From Nitrospirota bacterium (GTDB lineage Bacteria > Nitrospirota > UBA9217): a stretch of 64,000 nucleotides of DNA. The stretch spans positions 192,001-256,000 of the forward strand of contig DASPSR010000007.1 in assembly GCA_035623825.1 (NCBI GenBank), given 5' to 3'. This document shows positions 1-8,890 of this stretch, one piece after another. Numbering within the stretch: position 1 is the first letter of the stretch; the number at the start of each line of letters is the position of its first letter. A program made the translations under genes and the position numbers. A model generated the notes under the pieces. It saw only the letters and a list, made by a program, of their open reading frames with translations. It did no database searches and was not told the DNA's origin.

Positions 1-2
1 CG

Positions 3-341
3 AACGTACGGAATCCGGGGGCGGCGTTCGGAATCTTCTCGGACGTGCACAGCAGATGGCGGAGCCTGTTCTTCATCGTGATTACGCTCGTGGCTGTGAT
101 TGTGATCGCCGCACTGATACGGAAGTCCCATGAGCGCTTGCTCGTGTTCGCTTTTTCGCTCATCGCGGGTGGGGCGATAGGGAATGTGATCGATCGCGTG
201 CGGTATGGGGAGGTGGTCGATTTCATCCAGTGGTACGTTAAGTCGTACTACTGGCCTTCGTTCAACGTGGCGGACTCCGCCATCTCCATTGGTGTGACGC
301 TGTTGGCAATCGATATGCTGATCAGAAAGCCACAGAGGTAG
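3..341 (+). CDS. lspA: Lipoprotein signal peptidase II (5' truncated by window edge)
   Basis: Frame from nt 3 reads NVRNPGAAFGI...GGAIGNVIDR...VVDFI...WPSFNVADSAI, the conserved SPase II motifs; next to lgt. Confidence 0.95.
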   Translation, partial: NVRNPGAAFGIFSDVHSRWRSLFFIVITLVAVIVIAALIRKSHERLLVFAFSLIAGGAIGNVIDRVRYGEVVDFIQWYVKSYYWPSFNVADSAISIGVTLLAIDMLIRKPQR

Positions 342-441
342 TCATGTAAATACCAAAGCTGAAGATTCTGATCAGGCCACATGTCAGAGGATCGAAATTT
401 AAACGCTGACCGTCATAATTGAACATTCCAAAAGAGTCAAT

Positions 442-1248
442 ATGCATCCCATACTGTTCGAAATACCGAAAATCACTTTCGGCCCCTGGGTCATCGGTCC
501 TATCCCGATCAGGATGTATGGCCTCATGATTGGCATCGGTTTTCTCCTCGGCATCTGGCTTGCGTCGCGACGGGCGGAGAAGGAGGGCGTTAAGCCTGAT
601 CTTATCCTCGACATGGGTGTCTATCTGCTTCTGGCGGCCATCATCGGTTCTCGTGTGCTCTATGTGCTGACGACCCTGCAAGAATTCACGAGGAACCCCC
701 TGGATGTGTTCGCAATCTGGAAGGGTGGTCTGGTGTTTTACGGCGGGTTGCTCGCGGCCGTGCCAGTTGGCATCTGGTATGTGAAGAAGCACAGCCTGCC
801 GGTCTGGAAGACGGCGGACATCATGGCGCCATACATCGCGCTCGGGCACGCTTTCGGCAGGCTCGGCTGTTTCTTTGCCGGCTGCTGCTACGGTGCGCCC
901 TGCAGCGGCTTTGTCTGCATCACGTTCAATGACCCTCATTCGCTCGCGCCCCTCGGCGTTCCGCTGTTCCCCACCCAACTCATGGAGTCGGGCGGGGAGT
1001 TCATTATTTTTGGGGCCCTTATCTTCCTCCGGCGGCATAAAACGTTCGATGGCCAGTTGTTCTGGCTCTACCCGCTCTTCTATTCTGTTCTCCGGTTTGC
1101 GGTCGAATTCTTCCGTGGTGATGCAGCGCGGGGCCTCTACTTCAGCGGCTTGGTTTCGACCTCCCAGATCATCGCGGTCTTCATGTTCGGATTTTCGTTA
1201 TTTATGTTCTGGAGACTCGGCAAAGAACGGGCGGCCAATGTCAGATAG
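442..1248 (+). CDS. lgt: Prolipoprotein diacylglyceryl transferase
   Basis: MHPILF start, RMYGLMI, WKGGLVFYGG, GRLGCFFAGCCYG, PTQLMES, RFAVEFFRGD; multi-pass membrane protein. Confidence 0.95.
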   Translation: MHPILFEIPKITFGPWVIGPIPIRMYGLMIGIGFLLGIWLASRRAEKEGVKPDLILDMGVYLLLAAIIGSRVLYVLTTLQEFTRNPLDVFAIWKGGLVFYGGLLAAVPVGIWYVKKHSLPVWKTADIMAPYIALGHAFGRLGCFFAGCCYGAPCSGFVCITFNDPHSLAPLGVPLFPTQLMESGGEFIIFGALIFLRRHKTFDGQLFWLYPLFYSVLRFAVEFFRGDAARGLYFSGLVSTSQIIAVFMFGFSLFMFWRLGKERAANVR

Positions 1249-1319
1249 CGCTGCCTAGGGTTCAAATAAGACCAAGGCCCGAATATAAGAGACGCACTTG
1301 ATGTTTTGTCATCCATCCC

Positions 1320-2264
1320 ATGCTCACGACAACCCTCACAGTCACCGAAAAACATATTGGCAAACGCTTCGATATCTTCATCGCACACTATGAGCCGAAC
1401 ATCTCCCGCAGCCGCATCCAGGCCATGATCAAAGAAGGCCTTGCACGCGTAAACGGCAGGATCGAAAAGCCGGGGTATAAGGTAAAGCTCAATGAGACAG
1501 TTGCCCTCGAACTGCCGGAGAAGAAGGTGCTGGAAGTGCTGCCGGAGCCTATCCCGCTGTACGTCATCTATGAAGACCCCCACATTATTGTGCTAAATAA
1601 ACCACCTGGCCTCGTGGTGCATCCGGCACCAGGCAACTACACGGGCACACTCGTGAACGCCCTCCTGTTCCACTACGGGAGCCTTCCCGCTTCCGGCCCC
1701 GGCATTCGGGGAATCGAGCGGGAGCGTGCTGGCATAGTTCACAGACTGGACAAGGACACTTCAGGAGTCATGGTGGTGGCGAGGACGCAGGAGGCTCTCC
1801 ACTCTCTTTCGGCCCAGTTCAAGAACCGTACAGTGCAAAAGCACTATCTGGCCCTGGTCTCTGGCGTAATCAAGAAAGGCTCAGGAGCGATCGAGGCCGG
1901 CCTTGGCCGGCACGTGAAGGAGCGGAAGAAGATCAGTGTGACCACTCATCGGCCGCGAGAGGCCATCACGCTCTACACGGTCAAGGAGCGGTTTGGGAAC
2001 GCGACCCTCGTCGCGGTTGAAATCAAGACCGGCCGCACGCACCAGATTCGCGTGCACATGGCTCACATCGGTCATCCCGTCCTAGGTGACAGGGTGTACG
2101 GCGGCGCTAAAGCCGCGAAAATCGGCGAATTCCCGATATCGCGCCAGATGCTCCACGCCGAATCGTTATCCGTACTCCATCCTGAAACAGGCCATCCTAT
2201 GACTTTTACAGTCCCGCCTCCCGCTGATATGGCAAGCATTATCGAAAAATTGCGCAAGAAGTGA
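1320..2264 (+). CDS. rluD: RluA-family 23S rRNA pseudouridine synthase with N-terminal S4 domain
   Basis: S4 domain (SRSRIQAMIKEG), NKPPGLVVHP, GIVHRLDKDTSG (catalytic Asp), TGRTHQIRVHM, RQMLHA. Confidence 0.93.
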   Translation: MLTTTLTVTEKHIGKRFDIFIAHYEPNISRSRIQAMIKEGLARVNGRIEKPGYKVKLNETVALELPEKKVLEVLPEPIPLYVIYEDPHIIVLNKPPGLVVHPAPGNYTGTLVNALLFHYGSLPASGPGIRGIERERAGIVHRLDKDTSGVMVVARTQEALHSLSAQFKNRTVQKHYLALVSGVIKKGSGAIEAGLGRHVKERKKISVTTHRPREAITLYTVKERFGNATLVAVEIKTGRTHQIRVHMAHIGHPVLGDRVYGGAKAAKIGEFPISRQMLHAESLSVLHPETGHPMTFTVPPPADMASIIEKLRKK

Positions 2265-2395
2265 TTGTTTTGTGGTGTTTGACTTTGCCATAAGGCTCAA
2301 ATTGACCTTAAATTTTCCTGCCTGGATGCTATAGTTTTTCACAAGTTGTTCGATAAGGTTATTGAGGTCTGTCGTGTTGTGTGGAGATAGAGATT

Positions 2396-3388
2396 ATGCA
2401 ACAAAAATTCTTTTCCTCTCGATTATTCCTAATGATTTCAATGTTCGTGGGCATGAGTATTTTACAGTGGAGCAGCTTCAGCGATGGCCAGGATAAAGCA
2501 GCATTGCAAGAACAGGATGAGGTATTGACCATTGTGAAATACGGGTCCGTGATGGTAAAAAGCTCGATTCCGGATGCAAAGGTCTTTGTTGACGATGTTT
2601 ACAAAGGGGTGGCTGAGAACATCATAGAAAGCGTGGTCGCAGGAGAACATATCGTTTCCTGCCGTGCAGGGAGCAAAACAGTTTCAGGAGTGTTTAACGT
2701 GAAAAAGAACGATATGTTGCGGCTCGAAGCTCGTTTTGATGAGGGCAGGCTTGTCATCACACCGGTGGTGGCAGAGAAGGTTGAGGTAGAAAAACCCGAA
2801 CCCGAAAAAAAGAAGAAACCCGAGCCGATCAAGCATGAAAAACCGAAAAAACCCGCACCGGTAGTTGAGGCGAAGCGGGAGGAGCCGAAAGATCCACAGG
2901 CAGAACGGCGTAAACTGCACCTGACCCCCATGAAAATCTTGTTTGAGATCACACCATCCCAAGAGGTCCGAATCGATCATAGGGCAAACCAAGCGACGAT
3001 CAGCAAATATACGGAGAACAAAACGCTGATCGGGAGATATTACAGGACGAAGCAGAATGTGCTGCTGTGCGACGCGGGCCCCTGCGAAATGGGCTGGTCA
3101 GTCAGTTTCCTCTACGCGAGCGAAGCTGGGAAAAGCGATGCTTTTCTCCTGTCCTGGAAGGAGATCGTCTTTAACGGCATTACTCCCATTGGGACGAGTA
3201 AGCGGGTGCTGGAGTGGTGCTTGGACGGTATATGCAGGAAGCTTGAAGATACCAGTACCGTCGATACGGAACAGAATCTGGAAATGGAGACGTATAAGCT
3301 GATCTGGACAAAGACATCGGTGACTATCAGGCGTACGGACATCATGAACGAGATAGCCGCCGCAGGTAAATCGCTTTCTGATTATTGA
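2396..3388 (+). CDS. Exported PEGA-domain protein with K/E/P-rich linker and unknown C-terminal domain
   Basis: Hydrophobic N-terminus; YGSVMVKSSIPDAKVFVDDVYKG...GEHIV resembles PEGA; EKPEPEKKKKPEP linker; ATG at 2396 preferred. Confidence 0.6.
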   Translation: MQQKFFSSRLFLMISMFVGMSILQWSSFSDGQDKAALQEQDEVLTIVKYGSVMVKSSIPDAKVFVDDVYKGVAENIIESVVAGEHIVSCRAGSKTVSGVFNVKKNDMLRLEARFDEGRLVITPVVAEKVEVEKPEPEKKKKPEPIKHEKPKKPAPVVEAKREEPKDPQAERRKLHLTPMKILFEITPSQEVRIDHRANQATISKYTENKTLIGRYYRTKQNVLLCDAGPCEMGWSVSFLYASEAGKSDAFLLSWKEIVFNGITPIGTSKRVLEWCLDGICRKLEDTSTVDTEQNLEMETYKLIWTKTSVTIRRTDIMNEIAAAGKSLSDY

Positions 3389-3416
3389 TGAGAGATGCCT
3401 GCGAGCAACGCACGGG

Positions 3417-3455
3417 AATCCCCCTCCGCATTTACGCGAGAGGGGGATTTTGTTT
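3417..3455 (+). terminator. Rho-independent terminator between convergent genes
   Basis: Stem AATCCCCCTC/GAGGGGGATT followed by TTGTTT, between the stop codons at 3388 (+) and 3464 (-). Confidence 0.65.
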
Positions 3456-3463
3456 CCAGGCTT

Positions 3464-4525
3464 TCATTGATCGGCAGGAGCCGACAGTGCAGCCCTCAGC
3501 TGGCCGCAGGCGGCGTTAATATCCTGTCCCCGGCTGTTTCGGACCACGGTGATGCACCCGTGGTTGAGAAGGAAGTCCCTGAAGGCGTATACCTGCTTCT
3601 CATCCGGACGCACGAACGCGCTCCCCGGGAAGGGGTTGAACATCAGGAGGTTGATCATGCACGGAAGACCCCTGAGAAGGGCCGCGAGCCGCTTCGCGTC
3701 TTCGAAGGAATCGTTAATGCCCTTGAGCAGCACATATTCGATTGTTATGGTGTTGCCTGTTGTCCTGCAGTAATGATGCAGGGCCTGCATCAGCCTCTCG
3801 ATCGGATAGGTTCTGTTCACCGGCATGAGGCGATCCCGCTGTTCGTCTGTGGTTGCGTTAAGCGATACGGCGAGGCTTGCATCCATTTCTTTATCCTCGG
3901 CCATCCGCTCTATCATCGGAGCAAGGCCGCAGGTGGAAATCGTCACCTTTTTATTCGGGAATCCCATCCCGTTCCGGTCGGTGGCAATCAAAATAAAAGA
4001 TTTGACAGCATCGTAGTTGCTGAGCGGCTCACCGGTTCCCATAAGGACGATATTCGTTATGGGGACGTTTGCGATTCTGTGAGCTGCGAAGACCTGGTTC
4101 ACGATCTCCGCAGGAGTGAGGTTCCGCACCAGTCCGCTTGAACCGGTGCGGCAGAAGCCGCAGCCAGATGCGCAGCCCGCCTGGGTAGAAGCGCATAGTG
4201 TGAGCCTGCCTGGTCCAGGTATGAGGACGCCCTCAATTGTATTCCCGTCAGAGAGACGATAGAGGAGCTTTTCGGTGCCGTCCCGTGATGCGCTCCTCTG
4301 CTCGACCGTCAGCCTGGAGAGGGTGCCATACTTCTTGAGCTGCTCCCGGAACGGCTTGTTCAGATCGGCCATAAAATCGAAGTCCTCGACCTTCCTCCGG
4401 TACATCCAAATTGCTACACGAAGTCCCTGTCCCGGCCTCTGTCCCATTCTGTCGCTACAGAGGCTGTCTATCTCGTTCGGGGTTAGCCCCTTCAGGTCTA
4501 TGGTATCATCAAGTGCCTTTTTCAT
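3464..4525 (-). CDS. rlmN: RlmN-family radical SAM RNA methyltransferase
   Basis: SRDGTEKLL, TLCASTQAGCASGCGFC (CxxxCxxC plus resolving Cys), RNLTPAEIV, MGTGEPL, SLNA, IEYVLL.GIND, C-terminal AACGQL; start placed at MKKALDD. Confidence 0.9.
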   Translation of the reverse strand: MKKALDDTIDLKGLTPNEIDSLCSDRMGQRPGQGLRVAIWMYRRKVEDFDFMADLNKPFREQLKKYGTLSRLTVEQRSASRDGTEKLLYRLSDGNTIEGVLIPGPGRLTLCASTQAGCASGCGFCRTGSSGLVRNLTPAEIVNQVFAAHRIANVPITNIVLMGTGEPLSNYDAVKSFILIATDRNGMGFPNKKVTISTCGLAPMIERMAEDKEMDASLAVSLNATTDEQRDRLMPVNRTYPIERLMQALHHYCRTTGNTITIEYVLLKGINDSFEDAKRLAALLRGLPCMINLLMFNPFPGSAFVRPDEKQVYAFRDFLLNHGCITVVRNSRGQDINAACGQLRAALSAPADQ

Positions 4526-4708
4526 GATTTGTAAACTTCGAAGTACGAAGAGGATCATCGGATAGACCCGCAGTTATTACGTCTCGGTGTCTTTCGCTGT
4601 CTTCGTGATGTATGCTGTCTTAAATTTTAATCCGGACGCTAAAACAATGCAAGATGATTGTGTGGAAATGAATTGACAGACTTGCAGCTAACATGATAAG
4701 AATTATCC

Positions 4709-5152
4709 ATGAAGGCACTGCTTCAAAGAGTTTCTGAGGCAAGGGTCACGATAAACGATGAGACCGTGGGGAATATAAGTAAAGGCCTCCTCGTGTTCCT
4801 CTGCGCGGTAAGAGGAGATGTGGACAAAGATCTCAACTATATCGTCAAGAAAGTCGCACAGCTCAGGATATTCGCAGACGACCAGGGCAAGATGAACCTC
4901 TCGGTCACGGAGATCGAGGGAGAAGTCCTTGTGATTTCGCAGTTCACCCTTGCCGCATCCAGCCGCAAAGGAAACCGTCCATCCTTCGATGCCGCGGAGG
5001 TCCCCGACCGGGCACGGGCTATATACGACACATTCGTTATGAAGCTTCGAGAGACCGGGCTTTCCGTCAAGACGGGGGTGTTTGCGGAGTCAATGTCAGT
5101 GTCGCTGACTAACGACGGGCCTGTCACCATACTCATTGACTCACGAGAATGA
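4709..5152 (+). CDS. dtd: D-aminoacyl-tRNA deacylase
   Basis: MKALLQRV, SQFTL, KGNRPSF and NDGPVT motifs. Confidence 0.96.
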   Translation: MKALLQRVSEARVTINDETVGNISKGLLVFLCAVRGDVDKDLNYIVKKVAQLRIFADDQGKMNLSVTEIEGEVLVISQFTLAASSRKGNRPSFDAAEVPDRARAIYDTFVMKLRETGLSVKTGVFAESMSVSLTNDGPVTILIDSRE

Positions 5153-5155
5153 TCG

Positions 5156-6067
5156 ATGAACGATCAGAAAGAAGGATCCGATCGAGCGCGTATGCGACTC
5201 TCAGCGAATAAGATTCCCCATTTCCTGCTTTTTCTGCTCTTCCTGCTTGTCTCGGGATGCAGCTCTCTCTTTTTTTATCCTCAAAAGCAGCTTCACGATA
5301 ATCCTGTAGCCCAGCTCTTCTTTCCCGAGGACATTTATTTCAAAACTCCCGACGGGCTCACTCTGCACGGATGGTTCTTCCATGCAGCAAAGCCGGATGC
5401 TCGTGCGACCATCATGGTTCTTCACGGCAACGCGGAGAACCTGAGTACGCATGTGAACGGCGTCCTGTGGCTTGTCAAGGAAGGATTCAATCTGTTCATC
5501 TTTGACTACCGCGGGTATGGAATGTCACAGGGAAAGCCTAGTATCAAGGGCGTTCACGTGGATGCCGAAGCGGCGCTTAAGACGCTTCTTTCCCTTCCCG
5601 ACATGGACAAGGAACAGATCATAGTCCTCGGCCAGAGCATCGGCGGCGCCATTGCGGTCTATACCGTGGCCAACACTCCATATAAAGACAGGATTTCTGT
5701 CCTGGTGATTGACAGCGCTTTTTCCAGTTATCGCCTCATCGCACGCGAAAAGCTTGCTCAGGTCTTCATCACCTGGCCCTTTCAGTATCCGCTGTCGCTT
5801 TTCTTCAACGACGATTACAGTCCCGTAAAGTGCATCAAGAGGGTCTCTCCGGTGCCCCTTCTCATAATTCACGGCGAACAGGATCCTGTAGTTCCAGAAC
5901 ATCACGGCCAAATGCTGTATGACGCGGCGTTACAACCAAAGGCTTTCTGGAAGACCACAGTCCCGGGGCATATCAGATCGTTTGCCGACGAAGGGGTACG
6001 GGAAAGGCTTGTAGGCTATCTTAATGAGCAGGTCAAGAAAGATGTGATCAGCGTCACCGAGAAATGA
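5156..6067 (+). CDS. Alpha/beta-hydrolase lipoprotein (YfhR-like)
   Basis: Lipobox LVSGC, HGNAEN, DYRGYG, nucleophile elbow GQSIGG, HGEQDPVV, His in PGHI; start may be the Met at 5192. Confidence 0.85.
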   Translation: MNDQKEGSDRARMRLSANKIPHFLLFLLFLLVSGCSSLFFYPQKQLHDNPVAQLFFPEDIYFKTPDGLTLHGWFFHAAKPDARATIMVLHGNAENLSTHVNGVLWLVKEGFNLFIFDYRGYGMSQGKPSIKGVHVDAEAALKTLLSLPDMDKEQIIVLGQSIGGAIAVYTVANTPYKDRISVLVIDSAFSSYRLIAREKLAQVFITWPFQYPLSLFFNDDYSPVKCIKRVSPVPLLIIHGEQDPVVPEHHGQMLYDAALQPKAFWKTTVPGHIRSFADEGVRERLVGYLNEQVKKDVISVTEK

Positions 6068-6090
6068 ACCAGCAGCGCATGGCTTTTTGG

Positions 6091-6119
6091 TTGACAAAAA
6101 TAAAAAAGTACGCTTTAAT
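6091..6119 (+). promoter_or_regulatory. sigma70 promoter of the DUF3015 gene
   Basis: TTGACA-N17-TTTAAT; AGGAGG RBS before ATG 6159. Confidence 0.65.
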
Positions 6120-6158
6120 GGTTACCATCGTATCAAAATTTCAATTAAGGAGGACTTT

Positions 6159-6650
6159 ATGAAGAAGCTGTTCGCAGTTGCTGTATTATCCATTATGGTT
6201 GTTTTTGTAGTCAGTTCGGCTTTTGCTGCTTCTGCAACCGGCACGGCGCGGTCAAACGTAGGTTGCGGCCTGGGTACCATGCTCTTCCAGAACAATGCCG
6301 ACCAGTCATCTTTGCTCCAGGCATTTCAGGCAACAACAAACGGCACCGTGGGCAGCCAGACCTTCGGCGTCACCTCGGGCACATCGGAGTGTAAACAGCC
6401 TACCAAGTTTGTGAGCAATGAACGCCTGAACGAATTTGTTGTCGCCAACATGGATAACCTGGCAAAAGACATTGCCAGAGGCAATGGCGAGACTCTCGAG
6501 GCATTTGCAGATTTGATGCAGGTTCCCGCCGAGCAGCGCCCCGAGTTCTATCAGAAGCTTCAGGTCAGCTTCGCCAAGATCTTCACCTCCGAGAGTGTTG
6601 TTCTTGCCAATGTCGTAGATAACGTGGCAGATGTCTCTTCCACGAAGTAA
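6159..6650 (+). CDS. DUF3015-family secreted protein
   Basis: Sec signal peptide MKKLFAVAV...SAFA; GCGLG..LF, ATTNGT..QTFGVTSGTSEC and FV..NMDNLAKDIARGNGETL are characteristic of DUF3015. Confidence 0.85.
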   Translation: MKKLFAVAVLSIMVVFVVSSAFAASATGTARSNVGCGLGTMLFQNNADQSSLLQAFQATTNGTVGSQTFGVTSGTSECKQPTKFVSNERLNEFVVANMDNLAKDIARGNGETLEAFADLMQVPAEQRPEFYQKLQVSFAKIFTSESVVLANVVDNVADVSSTK

Positions 6651-6652
6651 TC

Positions 6653-8608
6653 ATGCGTTTTGCGGATTTTTCGGTTACCGCGGTATACGGGGTATCATAC
6701 CCCGTATACCTTTTTTTTGTAGTCCTCTCGGTCCTTTTCTTTTTCCCCTTGGCCCGTCCGTCCTCAGCTGCGGACGACAACTATCTCGATGTACTGCTTA
6801 AGTCCGCAAGAGAAAAGCGCCTTTACGAAGACCGCTACTGGGACATTCTTGTCCACTATAAACATCACGGTTCCGGGATGAAAAGCCTCATCGATGATCC
6901 CAAGTTTTTTCTTGCGCCGGACGGGAAGCGGAATCCTGCTGCCGAACTCGAAGCCACCATCAGGAGCTTTTTCCGAGAGGAAAGGAATGGTGAAGAACAC
7001 CCTCGCTGCAGATTCGTTGCGCGTTATGCCTGGCTCAAGGAAAAGCTGGATATAGACGAACTCAGGCTTCCACCCGTCGACTGCACTGAATTCGATGAGG
7101 CGCTCAAGAAGGTAAATCCTCACTCTGCGGCGCTCGTCTTTCCCACGACCCTTAACAACAGCCCGGGATCCATGTTCGGCCATACCCTGATCAGGATAGA
7201 CAGCGAGAAGCAGAGCGATCTATTGTCCTATGCAGTGACTTATGCCGCGGCTGCCACTGACACGAACGGGTTTCTCTATGCTTTCAAGGGAATATTCGGT
7301 TATTATCCCGGTTATTTCTCAATTCTTCCTTATTACGAAAAAGTGGCAGAGTATAGCAATATCGAATACCGGGACATATGGGAATATCATCTCAACCTGA
7401 CCGAAGAAGAGGTGCGCAGGCTGGTCATGCATGTCTGGGAACTCAGGGACATCTACGCAGACTATTATTTTTTTGATGAAAACTGTTCTTTTGACCTGCT
7501 TTTTCTCCTGGAAGTTGCCCGGCCGTCGCTCCATTTGACTGATGCGTTCTGGGACAATAAGGTCCGGTTCTGGGTGATCCCGATCGACACCATACGGGTC
7601 ATTAAGGAGAGTGGTTTGATCACCGGGGAGAAGTACCGTCCCTCCCAAGCAACGCGCATCCTAGCCATTGCGTCACACATGGAAAGCGGCAACGAGGACG
7701 TGGCGCTCGATGTGGTGGACAAGAAGACATCACCGCAGGCCGTTGTGGAAATGCAATTAGCGCGTGAAGAAAAAATGATGATCCTGGACCTGTCCGCTGA
7801 ACTGCTCCAGTATAAATATTCGCGCAAACAGCTGGAGAAAGAGGAATACCTGAAGCAGTATCTGCCCGTGCTGAGCGCCCGGAGCTCGCTCGGGAAACAG
7901 GATGCAGACGCTTACTCCATTACGCCACCTATCCCCCCCGAGCAGGGGCACCTCCCGGGAAGACTCAGCTTCGGCGGGGGCTATCGGACAGACTCCTTTT
8001 TTACGGAGATAGGGTGGAGGGCAGCATATCATGACCTTCTCGACCCGGATGAGGGGTTTACCGAAGGCGCACAGATAAATTTTTTCGACATCAGCGGCAG
8101 ATATTATTTCAAGGAAGACAGGGCGCAACTCCAACGTCTCCGCCTAATCGACATTGTTTCGCTCTCGCCCCGGGATGCGTTTTTCAAGCCCGTTTCGTGG
8201 AAAGTGAATACGGGGTTCGACCGCGAACTTTTCTCGGACGGGGATGAACACCTCATCTATCGGTTAAACCCGGGTGGTGGTTTTTCCTATAAGAGCGGTT
8301 TTCTCGGTCTTTCGTATATCATGATTGAAACGGACCTGGAGCTCAGCGGGGGGCTTCAAGACAATTATTCGCTCGGGTTCGGGGCTTCCGCAGGCATCAT
8401 TAAGAGATTGAGCGATTCATGGAAAATCGACCTTTCCGCGAAGAGTGTCTACTATGTAGCAGGGGACGAACACCGCAGCATAAAGACCTCGCTGGTTCAA
8501 AATTTCAAAATCACTACAAACAACAGCATTGCTTTTTCCCTTTCCTGGGAAAAGACCTTCGATCGGTATCAGTCAGAGGGGAATTTGAGCTGGAATATCT
8601 ATTTCTAA
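6653..8608 (+). CDS. DUF4105 (Lnb N-terminal-like) domain protein with C-terminal outer-membrane beta-barrel
   Basis: Signal peptide; W..LVHY, CRFVARY.WL, PGSMFGHTLIRID and YYFFDENCS motifs; C-terminal amphipathic beta strands ending in WNIYF (beta-signal). Confidence 0.82.
   Translation: MRFADFSVTAVYGVSYPVYLFFVVLSVLFFFPLARPSSAADDNYLDVLLKSAREKRLYEDRYWDILVHYKHHGSGMKSLIDDPKFFLAPDGKRNPAAELEATIRSFFREERNGEEHPRCRFVARYAWLKEKLDIDELRLPPVDCTEFDEALKKVNPHSAALVFPTTLNNSPGSMFGHTLIRIDSEKQSDLLSYAVTYAAAATDTNGFLYAFKGIFGYYPGYFSILPYYEKVAEYSNIEYRDIWEYHLNLTEEEVRRLVMHVWELRDIYADYYFFDENCSFDLLFLLEVARPSLHLTDAFWDNKVRFWVIPIDTIRVIKESGLITGEKYRPSQATRILAIASHMESGNEDVALDVVDKKTSPQAVVEMQLAREEKMMILDLSAELLQYKYSRKQLEKEEYLKQYLPVLSARSSLGKQDADAYSITPPIPPEQGHLPGRLSFGGGYRTDSFFTEIGWRAAYHDLLDPDEGFTEGAQINFFDISGRYYFKEDRAQLQRLRLIDIVSLSPRDAFFKPVSWKVNTGFDRELFSDGDEHLIYRLNPGGGFSYKSGFLGLSYIMIETDLELSGGLQDNYSLGFGASAGIIKRLSDSWKIDLSAKSVYYVAGDEHRSIKTSLVQNFKITTNNSIAFSLSWEKTFDRYQSEGNLSWNIYF
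6682..6718 (+). terminator. Rho-independent terminator after the DUF3015 gene, inside the 5' end of the DUF4105 gene
   Basis: Perfect 13-bp stem GGTATACGGGGTA-TCA-TACCCCGTATACC followed by 8 T. Confidence 0.85.
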
Positions 8609-8721
8609 GCAAGACACGGGAGGACGACTCCCCGCCTGTGGCATAGCCAAAGCATCTAGAAATGCGGTAAAGAAGCAATGTCGTCATAAACAACTTAACG
8701 GCCATGGTGGGAAAAACGTCC

Positions 8722-8750
8722 TTGACAATCGCGGCCGTTCTCTTTATTAT
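8722..8750 (+). promoter_or_regulatory. sigma70 promoter of tRNA-Leu-bamD
   Basis: TTGACA-N17-TATTAT ending 24 nt before the tRNA. Confidence 0.7.
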
Positions 8751-8774
8751 TACAGCCTGTTGTCGTGTACCCGT

Positions 8775-8861
8775 GCCGAAGTGGTGGAACTGGTAGACGC
8801 GCTGCGTTCAGGGCGCAGTGGGAGCAATCCCGTGGGGGTTCGAGTCCCCCCTTCGGCACCA
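8775..8861 (+). tRNA. tRNA-Leu (anticodon CAG)
   Basis: Acceptor stem GCCGAAG/CTTCGGC plus ACCA, D-loop GGAACTGGTAGAC, anticodon arm CTGCG-TTCAGGG-CGCAG, long variable arm, T-loop GTTCGAGTC; 87 nt. Confidence 0.97.
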
Positions 8862-8890
8862 ATTTTCCCGGCCGCTTTGCTTTCATTGAT

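Noticed and set aside
8765-8890. N-terminal extension of bamD from the ORF track, and antisense ORF 8695-9036
   Set aside because: Both overlap the tRNA-Leu gene; the lipoprotein signal starts at ATG 8891.
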